Assembly: GCF_009914755.1 (NCBI RefSeq)
Contig: NC_060938.1
Reading direction: 5' to 3' (one strand)
Length of the DNA: 64,000 bases
Origin: the human T2T-CHM13v2.0 reference genome, Homo sapiens
Part shown: in pieces, positions 41,501 through 55,600 of the stretch
Position numbering within the stretch: position 1 is the first letter of the stretch
Layout of the letters: every line of letters starts with the position of its first letter
Position numbers and translations under genes: made by a program
The notes under the pieces: model-generated
The model's database searches: none
What the model was told of the DNA's origin: nothing
The model's input: only the letters and a program-made list of their open reading frames with translations

Positions 41501-44500
41501 GGAATGGAATGGAACGGAATGGAATGGAAAGGAATGAATGGAATGGAACGGTGTGGAATCAACAAGGGAGGAATGGAATGGTATGGAACGGAACGGAATG
41601 GAAAGGAATGGAATGGAATGGATTGGAATGGAATGGAATGCAATCAACCCGAGCGGAAAGGAATGGAATGGAATGGATTGGACTGGAATTTAATGGAATG
41701 GAATGGAATCAACACGAATGGAATGGAAAGGAATGGGATGGGATGGGATGGAATGGAATGGAATGGAAGTAAATCAACACGAATGGAATGTAACAGAAAG
41801 GAATGCAATGGAATGGAATGGAATGGAATGGAATGGAATGGAATGGAATGGAATGGAAAGGAACGGAATGGAATCAACACGAGTGGAATGGAATGGAATG
41901 GAATGGAATGGAATGGAATCAACCCGAGTGGAATGAAATAGAATGTAATGCAATGGGATGGAGTGGAATCAACCCGAGTGGAATGGAATGGAATGGAATG
42001 GAATGGAATGGAATGGAATGGAATTGAATGGAATGAAATGGAATGGATCAGAATGGAATCCAATGGAATCAAATGGAATGGAATGGAATGGATTGGAATG
42101 GAATGGAATAAATCCGGGTGGAGTGTAATGGAATGTAATGGAGTGGAATGGAATGGAATTTAGTGGAATGGAGTGGAATGGAATGGAATGGAATGGAATG
42201 CAATGGAATGGAATGAAATGGATTGGATCGGAATGGAATCCAGTGGAATCAACTGGAATTGAATGGAATGGAATGGAATGGAATAAATCCGTGTGGAGTG
42301 GAATGGAATATAATGGAGTGGAATGGAATGGAATTTAGTGGAATGGAATGGAATGGAATGGAATGGAATCAACCCGAATGGAATGGTACAGAATGGAATG
42401 GAAAGGAATGGAATGGAATGGAATGGAATGGAATCCACCCGAGTTGAATGGAATGGAATGGAATGGAATGGAATGCAATGGAATGGAATGGAGTGGAATG
42501 GAATGGAATGGAGTGGAATGGTATAAACACCAGGGGAATGAAATGGATTGGAATGAAATGGAATGGAATGGAATGGAATGCAATGAAATCAACCCGAGTG
42601 GAATGGAACGGAATGGAATGGAATGGAAAGGAATGAATGGAATGGAATGGTGTGGAATCAACACGAGAGGAATGGAACAGAATGGAATGGAACGGAACGG
42701 AATGGAAAGGAATGGAATGGAATGAACCCGAATGGAATGGAATGGATTGGAATGGAATGGAATGGAATCAACCCGAGCGAGAAGGAATGGAATGGAATGC
42801 AGTGGAATGCAATGGAATGGAAAGGAATCAACAGGAATGCAATGGAACGGAATGGGATGGGATGGGATGGAATGGAATGGAATGGAAGTTAATCAACACG
42901 AATGGAAAGGAACGGAATGGAATGGAATGGAATGGAAAGGAATGGAATGGAATGAACCCGAATGGAATGGAATGGATTGGAGTGGAATTGAAAGGAATGG
43001 AATGGAAGGAATGGAGTGGAATGCAATGTAATGTAATGGAATGGAATGGAATGGAATCAACATGAATGGAATGGAACGGAATGGAATTGGATGGGATCAA
43101 TGGAATTGAATGGAAGTTAATCAACATGAATGGAATGGAACCGAATGGAATGGAATGGAATGGAATGGAATGGAATAAACCTAAATAGAATGGAGTGGAT
43201 TGGAATGGAATGGAATGGAATCAACCCGAGCGGAAAGGAATGGAATGGAATGGAGTGGAATGGAATGTAAAGGAATGGAATGGAATGGAATGGAATCAAC
43301 ACGAATGGAATGGAACGGAATGGAATGCGATGGGATGAAATGGAATGGAATGGAAGTTAATCAACACGAATGGAACGGAACCGAATGGAATGGAATGGAA
43401 TAGAATGGAATGGAATGGAATGGAATGAAATGTAAAGGAACGGAATGGAATCAACACGAGTGGAATGGAATCGAACGGAATGGAATCAACCCGAGTGGAA
43501 TGAAATGGAATATAATGCAATGGGAAGGAATGGAATCAACCCGAGTGGAATGGAATGGAATGGAATGGAATGGAATGGATCGGAATGGAATCCATTGGAA
43601 TCAACTGGAATGGAATGGAATGGAATGGAATGGAATGGAATGGAATGGAATGTAATGGAATGGAATAAATCCGAGTGGAGTGGAAAAGAATGTAATGGAG
43701 TGGAATGTAAAGGAATTTAGTGGAATGGAATTGAATGGACTGGAATGGAATGGAAAGAAATGGATTGGATAGGTGTGGAATCCAATGGAATCAACTGGAA
43801 TGGAATGAAATGGAATGGAATGGATTAAATCCGGTTGGAGTGCGATGGAATGTAATGGAATGGAATGGAATGGAATTTAATAGAATGGAATGGAATGGAA
43901 AGGAATGGAATGGAATGGAATGGAATAGAATCAAACCAAGTGCAATGCAATGGAATGGAATGCAATGGAATCCACCCGAGTGGAATGGAATGGAATGGAA
44001 TGGAATGGAATGGAGTGGAATGGAACGGAATGGAGTGGATTGGAATAAACACCAGGGGAATGAAATGGTTTGGAATGAAATCGAATGGAATGGAATGAAA
44101 TAAACCGAGTGGAATGGAACGGAATGGAATGGAATGGAAAGGAATGAATGGAATGGAATGGTGTGGAATCAACATGAGAGGAATGGAATGTTATGGAACG
44201 GAATGGAATGGCAAGGAATGGAATGGAATGAACCCGAATGGAATGGAATGGATTGGAATGGAATGGAATGGAATCAACCCGAGAGAAAGGAATGGAATGG
44301 AATGTAATGGAATGGAATGTAATGGAGTGGAATGGAATGGAATTTAGTCGAATGGAATGGAATGCAGTGGAATGGAATAGAATGAACCCGAATGGAATCG
44401 AATGGATTGGGAATGGAATGGAATGGAATCAACCCGAGCGGAAAGGAATCTAATGGAATGGAGTGGAATGGAATGGAATCAACACGAATGGAATGGAAGG

Positions 44501-45650
44501 GAATGGAATTGGATGGGATGGGATGGAATGGAATGGAAGTTAATCAACATGAATGGAATAGAACGGAATGGAATGGATTGGAATGGAATGGAATGGAATG
44601 GAATGAAATGGAAAGGAATGGAATGGAATCAACACGAGTGGAATTGAATGGAACGGAATGGAATCAACCCGAGTGGAATGAAATAGAATGTAGTGCAATG
44701 GGATGGAGTGGAATCAACCCGAGTGGAATGGAATGGAATGGAATGGAATGGAATGGAATGGATAAGAATGGCATCCAATGGAATCAACTGGAATGGAATG
44801 GAAAGGAATGGAATGGAATAAATCCGAGCGGATTGGAATGGAATGTAATGGAGTGGAATTTAATGGAATTTATTGGTATGGAATGGAATGGAATGGAATG
44901 ATATGGATTGGATCGGAATGAAATCCAATGGATTAAACTGGAATGGAATAGAATGGAATGGAATGGAATGGAATGGAATAAATCCGGGTGGAGTTGAATG
45001 GAATATAATGGAGTGGAATGGAATTGAATTTAGTGGAATGGAATCAACCCGAATGGGATGGAATGGAATGGAATTGAATGGAATGCAATGGAATGGAATG
45101 GAATGGAATGGAATGGAATGGAATGGAATGGAATGGAATCAACCCGAGTGGAATGGAATGGAATGGAATGGAACGGAATGGAGTGGAATGGAATAAACAC
45201 CAGGGTAATGAAATGGATTGGAATGAAATGGATTGGAATGGAATGGAATGGAATGAAATCAACCCGAGTGGAATGGAACGCAATGGAATGGAATGGAAAG
45301 GAATGAATGGAATGGAATGGTGTGGAATCAACACGAGAGAAATGGAATGGAATGGAATGGGACGGAACGGAATGGAAAGGAATGGAATGGAATGAACCCG
45401 AATGGAATGGAATGGATTGGAATGGAATGGAATGGAATCAACCCGAGCGGAAAGGAGTGGAATGGAATGGAGTGGAATGGAATGGAATGGAATCAACACG
45501 AATGGAATGGAACGGAATGGAATGGTATGGGATGGAATGGAATGGAAGGGAAGTTAATCAACACGAATGGAATGGAACGAAATGGAATGGAATGGAATGG
45601 AATGGAATGGAATGAAATTGAAAGGAACGGAATGGAATCAAGACTAGTGG
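38580..45650 (+). repeat. Diverged ~4.25-4.3 kb-offset duplication (38580-41500 vs 42820-45650)
   Basis: CAACAGGAATGCAAT (38590/42829), GGATCAATGG (38851/43094), GTGCGATGG (39517/43840), landmarks (39734/44047; 40927/45195), TCTAATGG after GGAAAGGAA (40141/44449), GGAGTTGAAT, GAAGGGAAGTTAAT. Confidence 0.83.
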
Positions 45651-48199
45651 AATGGAATGGAACGGAATGGAATCAACCCGAGTGGAATGAAATGGAATGA
45701 AATGCAATGGGATGGAGTGGAATCAACCCGAGTGGAATGGAATGGAATGGAATGGAATGGAATGGAATGGAATAGAAAGGAATGGAATGGAATGAAATGG
45801 AATGTATCGTAATGAAATCCAATGGAATCAACTGGAATGCAATGGAATGGAATGGAATGGAATAAATCCGGGTGGAGTGGAATGGAATGTAATGGAGTGG
45901 AATGTAATGGAATTTAGTGGAATGGAATGGAATGGAATGGAATGCAATGGAATGCAATGGAATGGAATGAAATGGATTGGATCGGAATGGCATCCAATGG
46001 AATCAACTGGAATGGATTGGAATGGAATGGAATGGAATAAACCCGGGTGGAGTGGAATGGAATGTAATGGAGTGGAATGGAATGGAATTTAGTGGAATGG
46101 AATGGAATGGAATGCAATGGAATAGAATATAATGGAATGGAATGGAATGGAATGGAATCAACCCAAGTGCAATGCAATGGAATGGAATGCAATGGAATCC
46201 ACCCGAGTGGAATGGAATGGAATGGAATGGAATGCAATGGAATGGAATGGAATGGAGTGGAATGGAACGGAATGGAATGGAATGGAATAAACACCAGGGG
46301 AATGAAATGGATTGGAATGAAATAGAATGGAATGGAATGGAATAGAATGAAATCAAACAGATTGGAATGGAACGGCATGGAATGGAATGGAAGGGAATGA
46401 ATGGAATGGAATGGTGTGGAATCAACACGAGAGGAATGGAATGGAACGGAATGGAACGGAACGGAATGGAAAGAAATGGAATGAAATGAACCCGAAAGGA
46501 ATGGAATGGATTGGAATGGAATGGAGTGGAATGGAACGGAATGGAGTGGAATGGAATAAACACCAGGGGAATGAAATGGATTGGAATGAAATGGATTGGA
46601 ATGGAATGGAATGGAATGAAATCAACCCGTGTGGAATGGAACGGAATGGAATGGAAAGGAATGAATGGAAAGGAATGGTGTGGAATCAACACGAGAGGAA
46701 TGGAATGGAATGGAATGGAACGGAACGGAATGGAATCAACACGAGTGGAATGGAATGGAACGGAATGGAATCAACCCGAGTGGAATGAAATAGAATGTAA
46801 TGCAATGGGATGGAGTAGAATCAACCCGAGTGGAATGGAATGGAATGGAATGGAACGAAATGGCATGGATCGGAATCAAATCCAATGGAATCATCTGGAA
46901 TGGAATGGAATGTAATGGAATGGAACGGAATGGAATAAATCCGGGTGGAGTGGAATGGAATGAAATGGAGTGGAATATAATGGAATTTAGTGGAATGGAA
47001 TGGAATGGAATGGAATGGTATGGAATAGAATGAAATGGATTGGATCGGAATGGAATCTAATGGAATCAACTGGAATGGAATGTAATGGAATGGAATGGAA
47101 TGAAATAAATCCGTGTGGAGTGGAATGGAATGTAATGGAATGGAATGGAATGGATTTTACTGGAATGGAATGGAATGGAATGGAATGGAATGGAATGGAA
47201 TGGAATGAAATGGAATCAACCCGAATGGAATGGAACGGAATGGAATGGAAAGGAGTGGAATGGAATGGAATGGAATGGAATGGCATCAACACGAATGGGA
47301 TGGCATGGAATGGAATTGAATGGAATGGAATGGAATGGAATGGAATGGAATGGAATCAACCATAGTGCAATGGAATGGAATGGAACGGAATGGAATCAAC
47401 ACGAGTGGAATGAAATGGAACGGAATGGAATGGAATGGAATGGAATGGAATGGAATGGAATGGAATGAAATCAACCCGAGTGGAATGGAACGGAATGGAT
47501 TGGAATGGAAAGGAATGAAGCGAATGGTATGGTGTGGAATCAACACGAGAGGAATGGAATGGAATGGAATGGAACGGAACGGAATGGAAAGGAATGGAAT
47601 GGAATGAACACGAATGGAATGGAATGGAATGGATTGGAATGGAATGGAATCAACCAGAGCGGAAAGGAATGGAAGGGAATGGAGTGGAATATAATGTAAT
47701 GGAATGGAATGGAATGGAATGCAATCAACAGGAATGCAATGGAACGGAATGTAATGCGATGGGATGGAATGGAATGGAATGGAAGTTAATCAACACGAAT
47801 GGAACTGAACGGAATGGAATGGAATGGAATAGAATGGAATGCAATGGAATGGAATGGAATGGAATGGAATGCAATCAACCCGAATGGAATGGAACGGAAT
47901 GGAATGGAATGGAATGGAATGGAATCAACCCGAATGGAATGGAACGAAATGGAAAGGAAATGAATGGAATGGAATGGAATGGAATTGAATGGAATGTAAT
48001 AAAACCGAATGGGATGGCATGGAATGGAATTGAATGGAATGGAATGGAATCAACCCGAATGGGATGGCATGGAATGGAATGGAATGGAATGGAAAGGAAT
48101 CAACCCAAGTGCAATGGAATACAATGGAATGCAATGGAATCCATCCGTTTGGAATGGAATGGAATGGAATGGAATGGAATGGAATGGAATGGAGTGGAA

Positions 48200-51100
48200 T
48201 GGAACGGAATGGAGTGGAATAGAATAAACACCAGGGGAATGAAATGGATTGGAATGAAATGGAATGGAATGGAGTGGAATGGAATGAAATCAACCCGAGT
48301 GGAATGGAACGGTATGGAATAGAATGGAAAGGAATGAATGCAATGGAATGGTGTGGAATCAACACGAGAGGAATGGAATGGAATGGAATGGAACGGAACG
48401 GAATGGAAAGGAGTGGAATGTAATGAACCCGAATGGAATGGAATGGAATGGAATGGAATGGAATGGAATGGAATCAACACGAATGAAATGGAACGGAATG
48501 GAATGGGATGGGATGGAAAGGAATGGAATGCAAGTTAATCAACACGAATGGAATGGAACGGAATGGAATGGAATGAAAAGGAAAGGAACAGAATGGCATC
48601 AACACGAGTGGAATGGAATGGAACGGAATGGAATCAAGCCGAGTGGAATGAAATGGAACGTAATGCAATGGGATGGAGTGGAATCACCCCGAGTGGAATG
48701 GAATGGAATGGAATGGAATGAAATGGAATGGATCGGAATGGAATCCAATGGAATCAACTGGAATGGAATGGAATGGAATGGAATGGAATAAATCCGGGTG
48801 GAGAGGAATGGAATGTAATGGAGTGGAATGAAATGGAATTTAGTGGAATGGAATGGAATGGAATGGAATGGAATGGAATGAACCCGAATGGAATGGAATG
48901 GATTGGAACGAAATGGAATGGAATCAACCGTAGCCGAAAGGAATGGAAAGGAATGCAGTGGAATGGAATTTAATGGAATGGAATGGAATCAACACGAATG
49001 GAATGGAACGGAATGGAATGGGATGGAATGGAACGGAATGGAATTGGATGGGACGGAATGGAATGGAATGGAAGTTAATCAACACGAATGGAATGGAACA
49101 GACTGGAATGGAATGGAATGGAATGGAGTGGAATGAAATGGAAAGGAACGGAATGGTATCAACACGAGTGGTATGGAATGGAACGGAATGGAATCAACCC
49201 GAGTGGGATGAAATGGAATGTAATGCAATGGGATGGAGTGGAATCAACCCGAGTGGAATGAAATGGAATGGAATGGAATGGAATGGAGTGGAATGGAATG
49301 GAATGGAATGAAATGGAATGGATCGGAATGGAATCCAATGGAATCAACTGGAATGGAATGGAATGGAATGGAATGGAATAAATCCGGGTGGAGTGGAATG
49401 GAATGGAATGGAGTGGAATGTAATGGAATTTAGTGGAATGGAATGGAATGGAATGGAATGGAGTGGAATATAATGGAATTTAGTGGAATGTAATGGAATG
49501 GAATGGAATGAAATGGATTGGAATGGAACGGAATGGAATCAATCAGAATGGAATGGAACGGAATGGAATGGAATGGAATGGAATGGAATGGAATGGAGTA
49601 GAATGGAATGGAATCAACACGAATGACGTTGCATAGAATGGAATGGAATGGAATGGAATGGAATGGAATGGAATGGAATCAACCCGAATGGAATGGAACG
49701 AAATGGAAGGGAAATGAATGGAATGGAATGGAATGGAATTGAATGGAATGGAATCAACCCGAGTGGAAAGGAATGGAATGGAATGGAGTGGAATGGAATG
49801 GAATGCAATGGAATGGAATGGAATGGAATGGAATCAACACGAATGGAATGGAACGGAATGGAGTGGGATGGAAAGGAATGGAATGGAATGCAAGTTAATC
49901 AACACGAATGGAATGGAACGGAACGGAATGGAATGAAAAGGAAAGGAAAAGAATGGCATCAACACGAGTGGGATGGAATGGAACGGAATGGAATCAACCA
50001 GAGTGGAATGAAATGGAATGTAATGCAGTGGGATGAAGTGGAATCACCCCGAGTGGAATGGAATGGAATGAAATGGAATGGATCGGAATGGAATCCAATG
50101 GAATCAACTGGAATGAAATGGAATGGAATGGAATGGAATGGAATAAATCCGGGTGGAGTGGAATGGAATGTAATGGAGTGGAATGTAATGGAATTTAGTG
50201 GAATGGAATAGAATGGAATGGAATGAAATGGATTGGAATGGAATGGAATCAACCCGAATGGAATGGAACGGAATGGAATGGAATGGAATGGAATGGAATG
50301 GAATGGAATCAACACGACTGACATGGCATAGAATGGAATGGAATGGAATGGAAAGGAAAGGAATGGAATCAACCCGAATGGAATGGAACGAAATGGAATG
50401 GAAATGAATGGAATGGAATGGAATGGAATTGAATGGAATGGAATCAACCCGAATGGCATGGCATGGAATGGAATGGAATGGAATGGAATGGAATGGAATG
50501 GAATGGAATCAACACAAGTGCAATGGAATGGAATGGAATGCAATGGAATCCACCCGAGTTGAATGGAATGGAATGGAATGGAATGGGATGGAATGGAATG
50601 GAATGGAGTGGAATGGAACGGAATGGAGTGGAATGGAATAAACACCAGGGGAATGAAATGGATTGGAATGAAATGGAATGGAATGGAGTGGAATGGAATG
50701 AAATCAACCCGAGTGGAATGGAACGGAATGGAATAGAATGGAAAGGAATGAATGGAATTGAATTTTGTGGAATCAACACGAGAGGAATGGAATGGAATGG
50801 AATGGAACGGAACGGAATGGAAAGGAATGGAATGGAATGAACCCGAATGGAATGGAATGGATTGGAATGGAATGGAATGGAATCAACCCGAGCGGAAAGG
50901 AATGGAATGGAATGGAGTGGAATGGAATGCAATGGAATGGAATGGAATGGAATCAACACGAATGGAATGGAACGGAATGGAATGGGATGGGATGGAATGG
51001 AATGGAATGTAAGTTAATCAACACGAATGGAATGGAACGGAATGGAATGGAATGAAAAGGAAAGGAACAGAATGGCATCAACACGAATGGAATGGAATGG

Positions 51101-52270
51101 AACGGAAAGGAATCAACCCGAGTGGAATGAAATGGAATGTAATGCAATGGGATGGAGGGGAATCACCCCGAGTGGAATGGAATGGAATGGAACGGAATGA
51201 AATGGAATGGATCGGAATGGAATCCAATGGAATCAACTGGAATGGAATGGAATGGAATGGAATGGAATGGAATAAATCCGGGTGGAGTGGAATGGAATGT
51301 AATGGATTGGAATGAAATGGAATTTAGTGGAATGGAATGGAATGGAATGGAATGGAATGGAATGGAATGGAATGGATTGGATCGCAATGGAATACAATGG
51401 AATCAACTGGAATGGAATGGAATGGAATGGAATGGAATAAATCCGGTTGGAGTGGAATGGAATGTAATGGAGTGGAATGGATTGGAATTTAGTGGAATGG
51501 AATGGAATGGAATGGAATGGAATGGAATAGATTTAATTGGAATGGAATCCATTGGAATCAACTGGAATGGAATGGAATGGAATGCAATGGAATGTAATGG
51601 AATTTAATGGAATGGAATGGAATGGAATGGAATGAAATGGATTGGATAGGAATGGAATCCAATGGAATCAACTGGAATGGAATGGAATGGAATGGAATGC
51701 AATGGAATGGAATAAATCCGGGTGGAGTGGAATGGAATGTAATGGAGTGGAATGCAATGGAATTTAGTGGAATGGAATGGAATGGAATGGAATGGAATGG
51801 AATGGAATCAACCCGAATGGAATGGAACGGAATGGAATGGAATGGAATGGAATGGAATGGAATGGAATGGAATGGAATGGAATCAACACGAATGACACGG
51901 CATAGAATGGAATGGAATGGAATGGAATGGAATGGAATGGAATGGAATCAACCCGAATGGAATGGAACGAAATGGAATGGAAATGAATGGAATGGAATGG
52001 AATGGAATTGAATAGAATGGAATCAACCCGAATGGGATGGCAGGGAATGGAATTGAATGGAATGGAATGGAATGGAATGGAATCAACCCAAGTGCAATGG
52101 AATGGAATGGAATACAATGGAGTCCACCCGAGTAGAATGGAATGGAACGGAATGGAATGGAATGGAATACAATGGAATCCACCCGAGTAGAATGGAATGG
52201 AATGGAATGGAATGGAATGGAATGGAGTGGAATGAAACGGAATGGAGTGGAATGGAATAAACACCAGGGG
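48200..52270 (+). repeat. Three related partial copies of one unit variant (~48.2-49.75, ~49.8-50.6, ~50.64-52.26 kb)
   Basis: AATCACCCCGAGT (~48682/50042/51161), GAAAAGGAAAGGAA(C/A)AGAATGGCATCAACACGA (~48575/49935/51054), TGACnnnGCATAGAAT islands in the CAACACGA modules at 49615/50310/51884. Confidence 0.78.
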
Positions 52271-52639
52271 AATGAAATGGATTGGAATGAAATGGAATGG
52301 AATGGAGTGGAATGGAATGAAATCAACCCGAGTGGAATGGAACGGAATGGAATAGAACGGAAAGGAATGAATGGAATGGAATGCTGTGGAATCAACACGA
52401 GAGGAACGGAATGGAATGGAATGGAACGGAACGGAATGGAAAGGAATGGAATGGATTGAACCCGAATGGAATGGAATGGATTGGAATGCAATGGAATGGA
52501 ATCAACCCGAGCGGAAAGGAATGGAATGGAATGGAGTGGAATGGAATGGAATGGAATGGAATGGAATGGAGTGGAATGGAATGGAATCAACACGAATGGA
52601 ATGGAACGGAATGGAATGGGATGGGATAGAATGGAATGG

Positions 52640-55600
52640 AATGGAAGTTAATCAACACGAATGGGATGGAATGGAATGGAATGGAAGTTAATCAACACGA
52701 ATGGAATGGAACGGAATGCAATGGAATGGAATGGGATGGAATGGAATGGAATGAAATGGAAAGGAAGGGAATGGAATCAACACTAGTGGAATGGAATGGA
52801 ACGGAATGGAATCAACCCGAGTGGAATGAAATGGAATGTAATGCAATGGGATGGAGTGGAATCAAACCGAGCGGAATGGAATGGAATGCAGTGGAAAGGA
52901 ATTAAATGGAATGGATCAGAATGGAATCCAATGGAATCAACTAGAATGGAGTGGTATGGAAGGGAATGGAATGGAATGGAATGGAATAAATCCGGGTGGA
53001 GTGGAATGGAATGTAATGGAGTGGAATATAATGGAATTTATTGGAATGGAATGGAATGGAATGGAATGGAACGGAATGGAATGGAAGGAAATGGATTGGA
53101 TCAGAATGGAATCCAATGGAATCAACTGGAATGGAATGGAATGGGATGGAATAAATCCGTGTGGAGTGTAATGGAATGCAATGGAGTGGAATGGAATGGA
53201 ATTTAGTGGAATGGAATGGAATGGAATGGAATGGAATGGAAAGGAATCAACCCGAATGGAATTGAACGGAATGGAATGGAAAGGAAAGGAATGGAATGGA
53301 ATGGAATGGAATGGAATGGAATGGAATGGAATCAACCCGAATGGGATGGCATGGAATGGAATTGAATGGAATGGAATGGAATGGAATGGAATGGAATGGA
53401 ATGGAATGGAATGCAATGGAATGGAATCAACCCAAGTGCAATGGATGGAATGGAATGCAATGGAATCCACCCGAGTGGAATGGAATGGAATGGAATGGAC
53501 TGGAATGGAATGGAAGGCAATGGAATTCAATGGAGTGGAATGGAACGAAATAGAGTGGAATTGAATAAACACCAGGGGAATGAAATGGATTGGAATGGAA
53601 TGGAATGGAATGGAATGGAATGGAATGGAATGAAATCAACCTGAGTGGAATGGAACGGAATGGAATGGAATGGAAAGGAATGAATGGAATGGAATGGTGA
53701 GGAATCAACACGAGAGGAATGGAATGGAATGGAACGGAAAGGAATGGAAAGAAATGGAATGGAATGAACCCGAATGGAATGGAATGGATTGGAATGGAAT
53801 GGAATGGAATCAACCCGAGTGGAAAGGAATGGAATGCAATGGAGTGGAATGTAATGGAATGGAATGGAATGGAATGGAATGGAATCATCACGAATGGAAT
53901 GGAACGCAATAGAATGGGATGGGATGGAATGTATTGGAATGGAAGTTAATCAACACGAATGGAATGGAATGGAAAGGAATGGAATGAAATGGAATGGAAT
54001 GGAATGGAATGCAATGAAATGGAAAGGAACGGATTGGAATCAACAGGAGTGGAATGGAATGGAACGGAATGGAATCAACCTGAGAGGAATGAAATGGAAT
54101 GTAATGCAATGGGATGGAGTGGAATCAACCCGAGTGGAATGGAATGGAATGGAATGGAATGGAATGGAATGGAATGGAATGCAATGAAATGGAATGGATT
54201 GGAATGGAATCCAATGGAATCAACTGGAATGGAATGGAATGGAATGGAATGGAATGGAACGCAATGGATTAAATCCGGGTGTAGTGGAATGGAATGGAAT
54301 GGAATGGAATGGAATGGAATGGAATGGAATGGAATGGAATGGAATTTAGTGGTATGGAATGGAATGGAATGTAAAGGAATGGAAAGGAATCAACCAGAAT
54401 GGAATGGAACGGAATGGAATGGAAAGGAATGGAAAGGAATGGAATGGAATGGAATGGAATGGAATGGAATCAACCCGAATGGGATGGCTTGAAATGGAAC
54501 GGAATGCAATGGAATGGAATGGAATGGAATGGAATCTCCCTAAGTGCAATGGAATGGAATGGAATGCAATGGAATCCACCCGAGTGGAATGGAATGGAAT
54601 GGAATGGAATGGAATGGAATGGAAAGGAATCAACCCTAATGGAATTGAACGGAATGGAATGGAAAGGAATGGAATGGAATGGAATGGAATGGAATGGAAT
54701 GGAATGGAATGGAATCAACCCAAATGGAATGGAACGGAATGGAATGGAATGGAATGGAATGGAATCATCCCAAATGGGATGGCATGGAATGGAATTCAGT
54801 GGAATGGAATGGAATGGAATGGAATGGAATGGAAACAACCCAAGTGCAATGGAATGGAATGGAATGCAATGGAATCCACCCGAGTGGCATGGAATGGAGT
54901 GGAACGGAATGGAATAGAATGGAATGGAATGGAGTGCAATGGAACGGAATGGAGTGGAATGGAATAAACACCAGGGGAATGAAATGGATTGGAATGGAAT
55001 GGAATGGAATGGAATGGAATGGAATGAAACCGAATGGAATGGAATGGATTAGAATGGAATGGAGTGGAATCAACCCGAGCGGAAAGGAATGAAATGGAAT
55101 GGAGTGGAATGGAATATAATGGAATGGAGTGGAATGGAATGGATTGTAACGGAATGGAACGGAATGGAATCAACACGAATGGAATGGAATGGAATGGGAT
55201 GGAATTGAATGGAATGGAAGTTAATCAACACGAATGGAATGGAACGGAATGCAATGGAATGGAATGGGATGGAATGGAATGGAATGGAATGGAATCAACC
55301 CGAATGGAATGGAATGGAATTGGATGGAATTGAATGGAATGGAAGTTAATCAACACGAATGGAATGGAACGGAATGCAATGGAATGGAATGGGATGGAAT
55401 GGAATGGAATGAAATGGAAAGGAACGGAATGGAATCAACACTAGTGGAATGGAATGGAACGGAATGGAATCAACCCGAGTGGAATGAAATGGAATGTAAT
55501 GCAATGGGATGGAGTGGAATCAAACCGAGCGGAATGGAATGGAATGCAGTGGAAAGGAATTAAATGGAATGGATCAGAATGGAATCCAATGGAATCAACT

